Shown: piece by piece, positions 37,420 to 48,612 of the stretch
How the letters are laid out: the number at the start of each line of letters is the position of its first letter
Position numbering within the stretch: position 1 is the first letter of the stretch
DNA from: Patescibacteria group bacterium
GTDB lineage: Bacteria > Patescibacteriota > Patescibacteriia > UBA9570
Length of the DNA stretch: 64,000 nucleotides
Assembly: GCA_041665365.1 (NCBI GenBank)
Contig: JBAYIY010000002.1
Location: 2,178 to 66,177, forward strand
Direction of reading: 5' to 3'
Notes under the pieces: model-generated
What the model saw: the letters and a program-made list of their open reading frames with translations, nothing else
The model's database searches: none
Told to the model about the DNA's origin: nothing
Position numbers and translations under genes: made by a program

Positions 37420-38325
37420 TTAAAAGTAACCTTCTTTCTTTTTTTGCTCCATGGCAGATTCAGACCCATGATCAATCGCTCTGGTTTGACGTTCTGAGGC
37501 TTTGGCAGCTAACACTTCGGCAATGATTTCATCCAGCGTAGTGGCAGTAGACTCAACTGCCCCAGTTGATGGTGAACAGCCTAAGGTACGATACCGACAC
37601 CAAATATCTTTAACTGCCTCCCCGGCTTTGGGTTGAACAAACTCATCTAAGCGTAACCAGACACCGTGTCGTTTAATCACTTTTCGTTTCTGGGCAAAAT
37701 ACAGCGGCACCACTTCAATTTTTTCTTGTTTGATGTAATACCAAATGTCTAATTCGGTCCAATTCGATAGTGGAAAAATACGCACCGTTTCACCTTCATT
37801 TAATCTGGTGTTGTAAGTATGCCACAATTCTGGCCGTTGATTTTTTGGATCCCAAACATTTTCTTTATTACGCAACGAAAAGATTCTTTCTTTGGCGCGG
37901 GCTTTTTCTTCTTCCCGGCGGGCTCCACCAAAGGCACCAGTGAAGGCATGCTGTTTAATTGCCTCCAACAACGGTTTGGTTTTTTTGTAGTAAATGTATT
38001 TATCTGTATGGGCGTCATCGGGAGACATGGCTAAAGCGGCTGGTTCGGTATTTTTATGCACAATTAGTTTGGCGCCAATCTTTTTTGTGTAGTAATCGCG
38101 AAACTCAATCATCTCATGAAACTTATACCCAGTGTTGATATGTAACAAGGGAAACGGTATCTTCGCCGGATAAAACGCCTTTTCCGCCAAGCGTAACAAC
38201 ACTGAGGAATCCTTCCCAATCGAATACAGCATTACTGGATTAGCCAGTTCGGCGGCTGCTTCCCGGAAAATATAGATACTTTCGGCTTCTAATTGCTTTA
38301 AATAGTCTAGATTATAATCCTGCAT
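37420..38325 (-). CDS. cysD: Sulfate adenylyltransferase small subunit
   Basis: [40 protein letters not shown]-type C-terminus. Confidence 0.96.
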   Translation of the reverse strand: MQDYNLDYLKQLEAESIYIFREAAAELANPVMLYSIGKDSSVLLRLAEKAFYPAKIPFPLLHINTGYKFHEMIEFRDYYTKKIGAKLIVHKNTEPAALAMSPDDAHTDKYIYYKKTKPLLEAIKQHAFTGAFGGARREEEKARAKERIFSLRNKENVWDPKNQRPELWHTYNTRLNEGETVRIFPLSNWTELDIWYYIKQEKIEVVPLYFAQKRKVIKRHGVWLRLDEFVQPKAGEAVKDIWCRYRTLGCSPSTGAVESTATTLDEIIAEVLAAKASERQTRAIDHGSESAMEQKKKEGYF

Positions 38326-38353
38326 ACCGACCCATGATAGAGGATTCTATCAA

Positions 38354-40567
38354 TTACGGCAATCGGGTGAACTTCTTGTTGTTAGATAGCGTTCTAGCCG
38401 TGTAAACGTTTGCATCAGCCTTGGTGGCACGCCAGCGGGCTTGGAAAATACCACCCTTGGCATGAACAGAATATTGCGCTTTACCATTTTTGATTTTCAT
38501 ACTATCAATCAGTTTAAATGTACCGGCTGTCTTGGCTTTGCGATAGATTTTAACGGTGCGGTTATTTAACGACTGATTGGTCGATTTATCAGTTAAGCGT
38601 ATCACTAGCTGACGCTGTTTGGTTCGTTTTGTCAGACGTAAATTAGCCTTACTTTGGTAGGAATAGATACCGGTATTAGACCCAGTAACTAAACCATCAA
38701 ACAACATTGTGTTAAAGGTTTCATCTTTTAACCCTGTGTAATAAATCTCACACACATCTGTACTGATGGTACAGGAATAAATGTAACCGGTGCCGGATGG
38801 GCGTGCGGTACTAACAAAAATCTGATCAGAGTTATGAGCGTTGACAACAACATTTTGTCCCCAGAAATCACTTGGAATATCATTGGTTCCAACAATGTCC
38901 CATTGTCCCCAATTACCAGCATCAGTCGATTTATATACCTCCCCCTCGATATCGGCGCCGGATGACACAGCGAAAATTGTATTTGTATCGCTACTGTAAG
39001 CTAAGGCTGTTATTAAAGCACTCTGAGAATAAAGTTGTGACCAAGCTAGACCATTAAATAGATATAAGCCACGACTTGCTTCGGCACTGGTTTGCTCAAC
39101 TCCAACACCAACTATTAATTGACCATCTGAATCAACCACCATCGGGCCAGCTGGAACATTCGGCATATCTAAATCTGTCCAGGTAATTCCCCCATCGGTG
39201 CTTTGAATAACACCACCACCAATTTCATCATTATTACTACCACCTTCGGTATACTGATAACTGGCATATAACACACTACTAGTGCCGTCATATTCAACAA
39301 TATCAACAAAGATTGATCCGTTAGTGGTATCAATACCGGTATCACCTTCTGTCCAAGTAGTACCACCGTCAGCCGTGCGAAATATCACACCACTGGCTCC
39401 GGCTAACACGACGTCAGATTGGTTTGGGTCAACCCAAACGGCATCGCCTGTATTAACTGTCTCATTTTGATTGATTGGAAACTCCCAGGTTGGGTCAGAA
39501 CCGGCGGCTAGACTAGAAGCAAAATTGGTCGATTTGGCAAAACCACCTTGAGCGGCCAACCAAACCACTTCTTTACTATCATCCTGGGCTAAATCGTTCA
39601 CGGTCACACCGGTCATGCCGGTAATTTTGTCTGTATATGAAACACCCGCATCACTTGAACGCCCGACTCCACGATCAGATTGAGTATAAACATAACCATT
39701 GACATCATCAAAAGTCACCCAATTTCTAATACTGGCATTTGTCCATGTAGTGCCGTTATCATCACTGTAATCATTACCTAAATAAATTCTCCCTGATGCT
39801 CTAATCACCGCCTTTTGCGCATTACTAATACCCTCTGGGTTAGTCATAGCCGTAAACACTCCGGCGGCACCGGTGGAGCTATAACTAACTCCAGATGAAC
39901 TGGATAGTACAATAAAGTTAGGATCTGTTGGGTGAGCAGCGACATAACGCCAAGTCCCACTCACACCAGTGTTTACCGCCCCAGATAAAGTAATGGTATA
40001 AAGTGCGGTAGTATCACCAGTCACAGTCACAAGTGCCAAAATAGTACCATCGGCACTGACAGTAACATCAGTGACAGATAAATCTAAGGCAGTAAAATTA
40101 TCGCCATCGTCACTACTGATATATACTTGATTATCACGCGTTGGCACCACTAAAACTCCGCCAGTTCCAGTGGCGATAAACTGAGACACATTTTGAACAG
40201 CGGATAATTCTTGCCAAGTAGTACCATTATCTTGGGTACGATAAAGATTGATGCCTCCAACCATAAAAGCGGTACCGGGTGTGGTGGAAGTTTGTACATC
40301 ACTAATGGTGCCAAAATCAGAGCCAGCACTGGGCGCATGCCAGGTGTCAGCAAAATCATCTGACCAAAAAATACCATTCGGTGAATTTAAACCGGCATAC
40401 AACATATCATTCGTTCCGGCTGTCACACTTGAACCCACGACCACATTTTCCGGATAACCCCCTTCAAAGGCCAAACTTTGGCGTAATGAATTTTCTTGTG
40501 CCGAAACAAATGAGCCAGCTAGTAACATAACTGTTCCTAGCCCAAAACTCAATAACCATTTTTTCAT
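38354..40567 (-). CDS. Secreted BNR/Asp-box beta-propeller protein
   Basis: Signal peptide, many S/T-x-D-x-G-x-T-W repeats and a basic C-terminal domain. Confidence 0.8.
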   Translation of the reverse strand: MKKWLLSFGLGTVMLLAGSFVSAQENSLRQSLAFEGGYPENVVVGSSVTAGTNDMLYAGLNSPNGIFWSDDFADTWHAPSAGSDFGTISDVQTSTTPGTAFMVGGINLYRTQDNGTTWQELSAVQNVSQFIATGTGGVLVVPTRDNQVYISSDDGDNFTALDLSVTDVTVSADGTILALVTVTGDTTALYTITLSGAVNTGVSGTWRYVAAHPTDPNFIVLSSSSGVSYSSTGAAGVFTAMTNPEGISNAQKAVIRASGRIYLGNDYSDDNGTTWTNASIRNWVTFDDVNGYVYTQSDRGVGRSSDAGVSYTDKITGMTGVTVNDLAQDDSKEVVWLAAQGGFAKSTNFASSLAAGSDPTWEFPINQNETVNTGDAVWVDPNQSDVVLAGASGVIFRTADGGTTWTEGDTGIDTTNGSIFVDIVEYDGTSSVLYASYQYTEGGSNNDEIGGGVIQSTDGGITWTDLDMPNVPAGPMVVDSDGQLIVGVGVEQTSAEASRGLYLFNGLAWSQLYSQSALITALAYSSDTNTIFAVSSGADIEGEVYKSTDAGNWGQWDIVGTNDIPSDFWGQNVVVNAHNSDQIFVSTARPSGTGYIYSCTISTDVCEIYYTGLKDETFNTMLFDGLVTGSNTGIYSYQSKANLRLTKRTKQRQLVIRLTDKSTNQSLNNRTVKIYRKAKTAGTFKLIDSMKIKNGKAQYSVHAKGGIFQARWRATKADANVYTARTLSNNKKFTRLP

Positions 40568-40646
40568 AACTTTTTGTGTTTAATGCTAAACGAGCATATT
40601 TATGCCCTCCACTAGATAGGATACTACTTATAAATTGAGTAAGCAA

Positions 40647-43223
40647 CTATTGCGGTACTCTCTTGCCAACAGGCTTAAGAAAAGTTATATTTAGCGGCGC
40701 TAGTGGGGCGTAGCCAAGTGGTAAGGCAATGGACTCTGAATCCATCATCGTAGGTTCGACCCCTACCGCCCCAGCCCCACCTGGAAAAATATTTTGATCT
40801 TCATAATGGATATGCAATTTTATTTTTCTTATGTCTGATTTATTGTTTACTTGATCGAGAGCCACTACTTTTATTGTCTTTGTCCGCTTAACGATAAATG
40901 AATGTACATATAGCCTTTTATGCCTAGTGGGCTTGGTATTATCTAGAGTATAATATAGTGTACAAGCTTCATTACAGGTCAAAACTAGTCTTTTTTGATG
41001 CCGATAATAACCACTTGTGACGCTAGTGTGAATGATTGGTTGTGTAGTATCTAAAGTTATTTTTGTCTCTACTGCAATACTTGTTAGCCCACTGGCAGTC
41101 TGCGCTTGAATAATTAAATTATTATCCCCTTCACTTAAGGTAACAACAAAATTCCACACAGTTTTATCATCCTGCGGAACTATTTCGACATCATTTAATG
41201 AAATGGCAGTGTTAGCTTCTTTGGTACCAGAGAGCGTTTGTGTACCTACTTTAGTTGGAGATAATACACTGTTAATCGTTGGAGATTCTGGTAAATTGGA
41301 TTGCAACAGTGCATTGTAGGCATTAATTCTTTTTCCGCTAACTGTTTTGCCAACTAATGAATCTAATGTATCACCAGTGGCTAACAATACTGTTTTTACT
41401 TGGTTAGATGTTAACATCGGTCGATACCCCATCAATAAAGCCGCTAAGCCAGCGACCTGCGGTGCTGCCATGGAAGTACCACTGTAATAATCATAGCTGT
41501 TATTACTGCCATCCCCCATATAATTTACAGAAATGTTATCTACTATACAACCACGGTATGTGTTATCGTTACCATCTGTTACCCAATGAAAACGAAACTG
41601 AAAATTACTCGTCAAATAACCATCTAAGGAAATATCATCAAAATAATGGTATGTATCATTGGTAGCATCCGAATCCATTTCTATATTATCCAAAATATAT
41701 TCATCAAATTTTTCTGCCCCATAGTAAGATACACTGACTGGTGTAAAAGTGACACCATCAGCACTAAATTCTAGTGTCATATAATCCACCGGGATATCAA
41801 CATATTGTGTATCGCAGCGAGCCCGAAAATTAAAAGTTGCCTCAGTACTAGCACCGCTTAAATCATAGAGTGGCGACAAAATATAACTATCACTATTTGC
41901 TGCATAATAATATCCGGTTGTAGCCACACCTGTGAGATCTGGGTACAGCACCTGGCCCCAGGAAGATGCCGCATTAAATGTTGCCACCGATCCGGCAGCC
42001 CAATTACCATTAATTATGGTCCAATTACTGGGTAAATTACCAGTTGTAATAGTGTTGAAAGTTTCATAAAAAGAGTAGTTTTCAGCCACACTACTATACA
42101 CATCAACTCCTGGTGCCGCTACATCGACAAAATTTTCTCCATAATCGGAAAATAAAGCTAACTCATCGTTCGAATCAGTTGCCGCCACACTAATTACATT
42201 GTCCAATCCTGCCCAGCAATCACTTGGATGTCCATAATCAGCTGGCACTACTACATAATTTGAGCCATCATGCTCAGCAGTATCATTGCCCGCTGCGGCA
42301 ATAAACAATCCAGGGAAATTATCAATCGCTTCGTAAGTTAATTCATCGTAAACAAAAAAACAAGCGAAAGATCCACCGCCAAAACTGGCATTAATGACGC
42401 TGGCATTATTTTCTTTAGAAAAATTAATCGATTTCATAATTTCTGTATCGTAGAAATAACCATCCGGCTGTGTCGCCTGCAACGCCATTATTTGCGCATT
42501 CGGTGCAACACCCATAATTCCATAACCATTGTTTTTTAGTGCAGCAATTGTTCCGGCCACATGTGTTCCGTGTGAATCATCATTGGGTAACGGATATTTG
42601 TCATTGTTGCCATAATCATAACCATGTGCACAACCACCAAGATAGTTACCATTTTCATCTTTGCAAGATGTACCATCCCACATGTGATTAGCAAGATCTG
42701 GATGATTATACCCCACACCCATATCAATTACCGCCACAATTACATCTAGATTTGTACCTTCATTGATAGACCAGGCTTCCGGCGCATCAATATCAGCGTC
42801 TGGTAGACCAGACACAGTGTTTATAGTTTGGCCAGTATTATCTAAACCCCAGAGATAATCCTTGTAAGGATCGTTCGTCTCAATGGCCAAATTACGATAA
42901 CGAAAATTAGGCTGTATAGACTCTATATTCGGATCATCTTTTAACCTGGTTATGGCTTCCAATACAGTTTCATTCTTAATCTTAAAAACTACAGCATTGG
43001 CAAATTTTAACGTTTCCTGACTAGTCAATTTATTTCCGTTACTAAAGCTACTCAGTTGATGACTGTTATTTAAGTCAATCTTACCAGATTTGAATTTGAT
43101 AATTATTTCATCTGGTGCATAATCGCCAATTTTTATGGTGCTAGTTTCAGCAGTACAGATATTACCGGCCACAAAAAACATGCTAACACTAAAAAAAATA
43201 TAAATTGTATTCTTTATTGACAT
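40647..43223 (-). CDS. Secreted S8 subtilase with an inserted beta domain and C-terminal Ig/FN3-associated domains
   Basis: Triad motifs VAVIDMG, HGTHVAG and GTSMAAPQVAG; about 200-aa insertion before the Ser motif. The C-terminus reads through the tRNA in antisense. Confidence 0.9.
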   Translation of the reverse strand: MSIKNTIYIFFSVSMFFVAGNICTAETSTIKIGDYAPDEIIIKFKSGKIDLNNSHQLSSFSNGNKLTSQETLKFANAVVFKIKNETVLEAITRLKDDPNIESIQPNFRYRNLAIETNDPYKDYLWGLDNTGQTINTVSGLPDADIDAPEAWSINEGTNLDVIVAVIDMGVGYNHPDLANHMWDGTSCKDENGNYLGGCAHGYDYGNNDKYPLPNDDSHGTHVAGTIAALKNNGYGIMGVAPNAQIMALQATQPDGYFYDTEIMKSINFSKENNASVINASFGGGSFACFFVYDELTYEAIDNFPGLFIAAAGNDTAEHDGSNYVVVPADYGHPSDCWAGLDNVISVAATDSNDELALFSDYGENFVDVAAPGVDVYSSVAENYSFYETFNTITTGNLPSNWTIINGNWAAGSVATFNAASSWGQVLYPDLTGVATTGYYYAANSDSYILSPLYDLSGASTEATFNFRARCDTQYVDIPVDYMTLEFSADGVTFTPVSVSYYGAEKFDEYILDNIEMDSDATNDTYHYFDDISLDGYLTSNFQFRFHWVTDGNDNTYRGCIVDNISVNYMGDGSNNSYDYYSGTSMAAPQVAGLAALLMGYRPMLTSNQVKTVLLATGDTLDSLVGKTVSGKRINAYNALLQSNLPESPTINSVLSPTKVGTQTLSGTKEANTAISLNDVEIVPQDDKTVWNFVVTLSEGDNNLIIQAQTASGLTSIAVETKITLDTTQPIIHTSVTSGYYRHQKRLVLTCNEACTLYYTLDNTKPTRHKRLYVHSFIVKRTKTIKVVALDQVNNKSDIRKIKLHIHYEDQNIFPGGAGAVGVEPTMMDSESIALPLGYAPLAPLNITFLKPVGKRVPQ
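40704..40774 (+). tRNA. tRNA-Gln (CTG)
   Basis: Acceptor stem TGGGGCG/CGCCCCA, D-loop AAGTGGTAA, anticodon arm ATGGA-CTCTGAA-TCCAT, T-arm GTAGG-TTCGACC-CCTAC. CCA is not encoded. Confidence 0.96.
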
Positions 43224-43268
43224 TGTTATCACTTTCAATGATAACAAAAAAAATCTAAGCCTGCCAGC

Positions 43269-44813
43269 TTATTTACCGCTCTGACCACCCACCGATTGCA
43301 GGGCTAGATCCCACACATTATCCATTTCAACTGGATTAACCTGAGCAATATTATCTGATGGTAAAGTGTTTAGTACTGAGGCATCGATATCGTACTGCTC
43401 CCCCACTACACATTCTAGTTGCATGTCTTGATTTAATAATTGGGATAATATTTTTCTAATGGCGGTGATGTAATCTACTTTGCAGACTTGATCTTTATGA
43501 AAATCATAGCGAAAACCTAACTGCACGCGGTTTGGTGCATAGGCATTGGCGACATGAGCCATTGATAAAGCAATCGCCAGGGCATGATTGACTACTTTGG
43601 TTTTACTAATCACTTCGGCCCAGTGTTCTTTTACTTTATGTAATAAAACTGTATCAACGGTTGTCTCAACACTAGTTGAAATTACTGGTGTCTTGTTAAC
43701 AACCGAATTAGTGATTGGAGCGATTTTCTTTTGTATAATTGTTTGTTTCGGTTGAGTTACAACCACACTACTGGTACACCAAGTTAAACCAGGTACTTCA
43801 ATCATCAATTGTGTTATTGGGCTACTGCGATACAGATCACCGGCAGACATAAACAGATTTAATAAATGCACATAATCGGCCGTGGTGAGTAAAGACAGTG
43901 TGGCTAATAACTGTTCATGAGTGCCACTATGCACATCTAAATCTTCGAGGTGGGTTAATTGCTGATCCACACTAAATAACAAACCGCGCCGGAATAATTC
44001 TAGTAACAACTGCCATAATTCTTTCATTTGTGTACCGGCTTGCACGGCGGTTTGTACTGAATTAGTAAAAGCTTGAGCTTGGCGTTGAGTTAAATGGGTA
44101 AACAACTCAACCGCAATGGCCATATCCACACGGGGCAAGACAATATCCGCTTGCTCAACGGTGATTTTATCACCCCCAATCGCTAACACTTGGCCTAATA
44201 AACTTTCCGCATCGCGCACTGCTCCCTGACCTTTACGCGCAATGCGCTCCAACACCGCTTGGTCAACTTGCACGTGTTCTTGAGTACAAATCCACTCTAA
44301 CCGTTTGATAATATCCAGCAACTTGATGGCATGAAAATCAAACCGTTGGCAGCGCGATACTACTGTGGCCGGTAATTTATGTACCTCGGTAGTGGCTAAA
44401 ATAAACACCACATTAGCCGGTGGTTCTTCTAAGATTTTTAATAAGGCATTAAACGCTGAGCCGGATAACATGTGCACTTCATCGATGATGAAAACCTTAT
44501 AGGGTAACTGGCTTGGTGCCACATAAGCATTTTGAATAATATTCTCGCGCACGTTATCTACCCCAGTATGGCTAGCCGCATCGATTTCGATAATATCAAT
44601 ATACGTGGCCGTATTATCTGTCACCTGGTTGATAGTTTTAGCAAAGATTCGAGCTAAGGTAGTTTTACCCACCCCCCGTGGCCCAGCAAACAAGTAAGCA
44701 TGCGCAATTTGCTGGTGTTTAATTTGATTTTGCAAAGTAGTCTTAATATGATCTTGAGCGATCACAGCCGAGAAATCTTGCGGGCGGTATTTTCGATAGA
44801 GGGCGATGGACAT
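43269..44813 (-). CDS. dnaX: DNA polymerase III subunit gamma/tau
   Basis: ALYRKYRPQDF, GPRGVGKTT, EIDAAS, IIDEVHML, SRCQRF. Confidence 0.96.
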   Translation of the reverse strand: MSIALYRKYRPQDFSAVIAQDHIKTTLQNQIKHQQIAHAYLFAGPRGVGKTTLARIFAKTINQVTDNTATYIDIIEIDAASHTGVDNVRENIIQNAYVAPSQLPYKVFIIDEVHMLSGSAFNALLKILEEPPANVVFILATTEVHKLPATVVSRCQRFDFHAIKLLDIIKRLEWICTQEHVQVDQAVLERIARKGQGAVRDAESLLGQVLAIGGDKITVEQADIVLPRVDMAIAVELFTHLTQRQAQAFTNSVQTAVQAGTQMKELWQLLLELFRRGLLFSVDQQLTHLEDLDVHSGTHEQLLATLSLLTTADYVHLLNLFMSAGDLYRSSPITQLMIEVPGLTWCTSSVVVTQPKQTIIQKKIAPITNSVVNKTPVISTSVETTVDTVLLHKVKEHWAEVISKTKVVNHALAIALSMAHVANAYAPNRVQLGFRYDFHKDQVCKVDYITAIRKILSQLLNQDMQLECVVGEQYDIDASVLNTLPSDNIAQVNPVEMDNVWDLALQSVGGQSGK

Positions 44814-44869
44814 AGGGGTGTTACTATAGGCAAAAAAAACTGGGGGGTCAAGTAGTTGTCTTAGACGAT

Positions 44870-45454
44870 TTACCCCCCACTGGGCAATTCAGCGGCATCG
44901 CCTAGGGGTAAAAGTTCTTCGTCAGAATCACGATGAATGAGGTTTTCCACAGCGGCCCATTGGCTCTCACCATCTTCCGGGGTCAATATCACTACTTCAT
45001 CACCGGGCTGACCTTTATAGTAAGTCACCGCGGCTAAAATCACTCGGTACGAACGCTTCCCGACTAAAACGCTGAGCTCGCCAGTACTATCATCCCGGAC
45101 TAAAGCGCCCACCATGCGTTTTCGTTCGACTGGTCCAATTTGTTTATAGATAAAAGTACCATCCGATTTAATGGTTAATTTCAGGATATCGCCCTCAACC
45201 AGCTTGGATTTAGACGCATAATTAGATGGCACGGTATACACTTTACCATCGGCGCCAACCATATTTTGCCCATTAAACACACCTTCAATCACCTGATTAT
45301 TACCAACAAAAGACGGCTCAGTGGTTACACCGGTCATACTCACACGATCTAACTCACTACTGTCGATATTATCTAATAATTGTTGGGCGTAGTGCAATTG
45401 AGAGGTAGCATTGGCTAGGGCTTGACGCACTTCATGTAGGCTGGGAGTATCCAT
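44870..45454 (-). CDS. Conserved hypothetical protein
   Basis: IEGVFNGQNM..G..Y.VPSNYASKSKLVEGD motif; clean ORF in an operon-like run. Confidence 0.75.
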   Translation of the reverse strand: MDTPSLHEVRQALANATSQLHYAQQLLDNIDSSELDRVSMTGVTTEPSFVGNNQVIEGVFNGQNMVGADGKVYTVPSNYASKSKLVEGDILKLTIKSDGTFIYKQIGPVERKRMVGALVRDDSTGELSVLVGKRSYRVILAAVTYYKGQPGDEVVILTPEDGESQWAAVENLIHRDSDEELLPLGDAAELPSGG

Positions 45455-45489
45455 AAATATTGGGTTTTTATTTTATTATTGTTTATTTT

Positions 45490-48033
45490 TTAAAAAAATG
45501 AATCGGGACTAGTTAAGTCTGAACCGCCGCCTAATTGATCTAATTTGCCGCGTTCAATAACTTCGGCCTCCACAATAGCGCGATCCCGGCCAAACTTCAA
45601 GCGGGATAACTGTTTTAACTGGTTAGCCAACTCAATATTGCCGGGTGGCGGCATGATGGTTTTCATGTTGAATGGCCGACAGACGGTGTTATCGATCAAC
45701 AATTTAATATTAGCGGTATATTTTTCCACATTGATCACATCGTTTTCATCAAACACGGGAGCAAACTCTTTAGCGATCATTTCAGCATCTTCCACACCAA
45801 TCCGGAAAGCGACTTTGGTACCAACGTTGCCAAACACCGCATCTCGAATTTGGGTGTCATTATCTTTCACCAACTGCGAAATATACTGGTGAGCCAGTAT
45901 CATATCTAAGCGATATTTTCTAGCCTCAGATAAAATAATCGCAATTGAGTCGGTACAATAATTTTGAAACTCATCAATGTAGCAATAAAAATCTTTGCGC
46001 TGTTCTTTGGGCATGTTGGCGCGCCCCATGGCCGCCATTTGAATTTTGGACACCATAATCAAACCTAACAAACTGCTGTTCACTTCACCAATCGCACCCT
46101 TAGATAAATTCACCAATAATATTTTCTGATTATCCATGATATCACGCACATTAAAACCGGATTTGGTTTGACCGACAATATTACGCATCATGTCGTTGGT
46201 TAAGAACCGACCAATCTTGGAAATAACGTAAGACAACATATCGGCGGCTTGTTGTCCGGCTTGAGATTGTTCATACTCTTGTTCCCAGAAATTTTTTACA
46301 ATCAAATTTTTGACATGCTTCAATTTTTCTTTGCGGAATTTAGCATCGGTAAACATGCGCGGAATTTCGATCAAACTCGACCCGGCCTCTTTATCATCCA
46401 TCATCGCCAACATAGCATTACGCATGTAATGTTCAAACATCGGGCCAATCATTTCTTGGCCAAACAATTTATAAAAAATCGCCACCATTTCCTGTACAGC
46501 AAAATCTTTCTGTTCGTCAGTATCATATTCCAACATATTCAAACCAACTGGCCGCTCAATATCCCCGGGTGAAAAAATCACTACATCATCAGCCCGTTCT
46601 TTCGGAATGTGCTCGAGCACATCTTGGACTAAATCACCATGCGGATCAATAATACACACGCCTTCACCATTTTCTACATCCTGAATGGCTAATTGCGATA
46701 ACATCACCGATTTACCAGAACCAGTTTGCCCAATCACATACATATGCCGTTGCCGATCCGGCCGCTTTATGCGCACATCAGTGGTGACACCACGATATTC
46801 CACAAAGCCTAACTTCACCCCTTCTTTGGGCATGTTAAATGGCGGCGCGGCTTTTTTGGATAACAGCCAGCGAATATTTGGCGTTTCAGTGGTGGGTAAC
46901 GGCATGTGATACAGCGTGCAAATTTCCTTGGTGTTTAAAATAAACGATTTCTTTTGATCAAACGTGCGATAAATAAAATGCTCAAGCTCTTTTTTATTAA
47001 CACTCGGTTTGGAATTTTTAAATTCGTTCGCATACAACGTGCCAGAGTATTGTGAAAAGGCACCTAAAATAGTGTGGGTTTTATATTCAGCAATCTCCTT
47101 GGTGGAAGCCGATACCACTACTCGAATATTAACATCAAAGCCAGGATTACCGGCTTTTTCCTCAAAGCCTTTCACCACTTCTTCTTCCATAGGTGATAAA
47201 CGATATTCTCGCTCTGTTCTAATATCTATGCCCTGTTCACGTTTGGCTCGACTCTTAAAAAACATGTACTTTAAATCTATCCACAAACGATAAAAAATAA
47301 AACCGGCTACTTCGGCGCGGGCTTGCTCATATTTCTTACCCTGGTGCATCACAGCGGCAATGCGGGCTGGAATTCTGGCCCAACGCGAGTGGTTCGGCCG
47401 AATGATGAATTGAACGGCGGCGCCTTCATGCTTTTCAAATTTAGACATGACATTCGTTAAAGCATTCATCGGGTCAACTTCCAACTTGTTATAAATCAAA
47501 ATCGGAAATTCCTGACTCTTCTTCAAGCTCAGCCGTGCTGCCACTACCACTCCATTGGGTTCAAACACATTATAATCTTCCACCTCATCAATCACGGCAT
47601 CATCGTATTGCGCCTGAAACTGTTGTTCAAAATATGTTTTAAACCGGTGTGGTACAACCGCGTAATAAGTGATTAATTGATCCTTATCCGCCACAATCTC
47701 AAAACTAAAATGATCATCACCACCAAACCAAAATTCCGTCCACTTGGATTCATGCGGCACTTGGTGAATGGCACCATAAAACGCTTCGGCAATACTAATG
47801 CGGGCTTCTTCTGATTGTTTGCGATAAGACGGATTATCACCCGATTGTTTTTCTTTCAAATCTTCCTTCGGTACGCGCAACATTAAGATAGCGCGTTTCA
47901 TACTATCAGCTCGATGCACAGAACGACGCGTAAAATTTCTGATTTGAAAAATTAGTACCACTATACTAACTCCAGTCAATCCGACATAGAGCATGAAGGC
48001 GATGGTTGGATACTGTTGTATATAATCCACCAT
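45490..48033 (-). CDS. T4SS coupling protein / HerA-like P-loop ATPase with N-terminal TM
   Basis: RHMYVIGQTGSGKS, IDPHGD, YIDEFQN, SEARKY, AHQ, FGNVGT. Confidence 0.88.
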   Translation of the reverse strand: MVDYIQQYPTIAFMLYVGLTGVSIVVLIFQIRNFTRRSVHRADSMKRAILMLRVPKEDLKEKQSGDNPSYRKQSEEARISIAEAFYGAIHQVPHESKWTEFWFGGDDHFSFEIVADKDQLITYYAVVPHRFKTYFEQQFQAQYDDAVIDEVEDYNVFEPNGVVVAARLSLKKSQEFPILIYNKLEVDPMNALTNVMSKFEKHEGAAVQFIIRPNHSRWARIPARIAAVMHQGKKYEQARAEVAGFIFYRLWIDLKYMFFKSRAKREQGIDIRTEREYRLSPMEEEVVKGFEEKAGNPGFDVNIRVVVSASTKEIAEYKTHTILGAFSQYSGTLYANEFKNSKPSVNKKELEHFIYRTFDQKKSFILNTKEICTLYHMPLPTTETPNIRWLLSKKAAPPFNMPKEGVKLGFVEYRGVTTDVRIKRPDRQRHMYVIGQTGSGKSVMLSQLAIQDVENGEGVCIIDPHGDLVQDVLEHIPKERADDVVIFSPGDIERPVGLNMLEYDTDEQKDFAVQEMVAIFYKLFGQEMIGPMFEHYMRNAMLAMMDDKEAGSSLIEIPRMFTDAKFRKEKLKHVKNLIVKNFWEQEYEQSQAGQQAADMLSYVISKIGRFLTNDMMRNIVGQTKSGFNVRDIMDNQKILLVNLSKGAIGEVNSSLLGLIMVSKIQMAAMGRANMPKEQRKDFYCYIDEFQNYCTDSIAIILSEARKYRLDMILAHQYISQLVKDNDTQIRDAVFGNVGTKVAFRIGVEDAEMIAKEFAPVFDENDVINVEKYTANIKLLIDNTVCRPFNMKTIMPPPGNIELANQLKQLSRLKFGRDRAIVEAEVIERGKLDQLGGGSDLTSPDSFF

Positions 48034-48036
48034 AAT

Positions 48037-48570
48037 TTATTGATGTTTGCGCCGCAACATTTCGGCTTGCCCTAGTTTCATAATCTCATCGGTTTTTAGT
48101 TTAGCCTCTTGCTCTAAAAAATAACGATTGATACCAGGAATCATTTTCAACCACGCCCGAATGAGTTCAATCACTTTGCGCGCGGTTAATTTCAAATGTA
48201 CGGTTAATTCTTCAATGACTTTGGCGATCTCCTCGCCTCGTTTACGAAATTTCTCTTGTTGAGCCGGTGTCATCGTATGATAAACATCCCCTAACCCATC
48301 AGCCATTACTTCTTCATATTTATCTTGCAACTGACTTTTACCGGTATCGTCAGTCATTATTTCGTCTTTTTTTTGTCTGGCTTGCTTGATAACATATGGA
48401 GATTCATCTGGTTTCTCCTCATTCACTTGTTTATACTGCTCAAAGGCCTGCTCAGTAGTAGATTTTACTTCCGCTGGTTTTTGTACCTCAACCGGCTTAA
48501 CTGTGGGAGCAAGATGATCGGGTAATTTTATTTCGGCTGGCTCGTGAGACATTCCATTACTATAACACAA
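48037..48570 (-). CDS. Conserved hypothetical protein
   Basis: Low-complexity N-terminus; C-terminal WLKMIPGINRYFLEQEAKLKTD. Confidence 0.7.
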   Translation of the reverse strand: MCYSNGMSHEPAEIKLPDHLAPTVKPVEVQKPAEVKSTTEQAFEQYKQVNEEKPDESPYVIKQARQKKDEIMTDDTGKSQLQDKYEEVMADGLGDVYHTMTPAQQEKFRKRGEEIAKVIEELTVHLKLTARKVIELIRAWLKMIPGINRYFLEQEAKLKTDEIMKLGQAEMLRRKHQ

Positions 48571-48612
48571 ATTCGACTTTACAGCAATAAAACCGTTTGC
48601 TAGAGTGCCCTC

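Noticed and set aside
45490-48033. Conjugative element
   Set aside because: Lone coupling-protein-like ATPase among housekeeping genes, with no relaxase, VirB genes or integrase.
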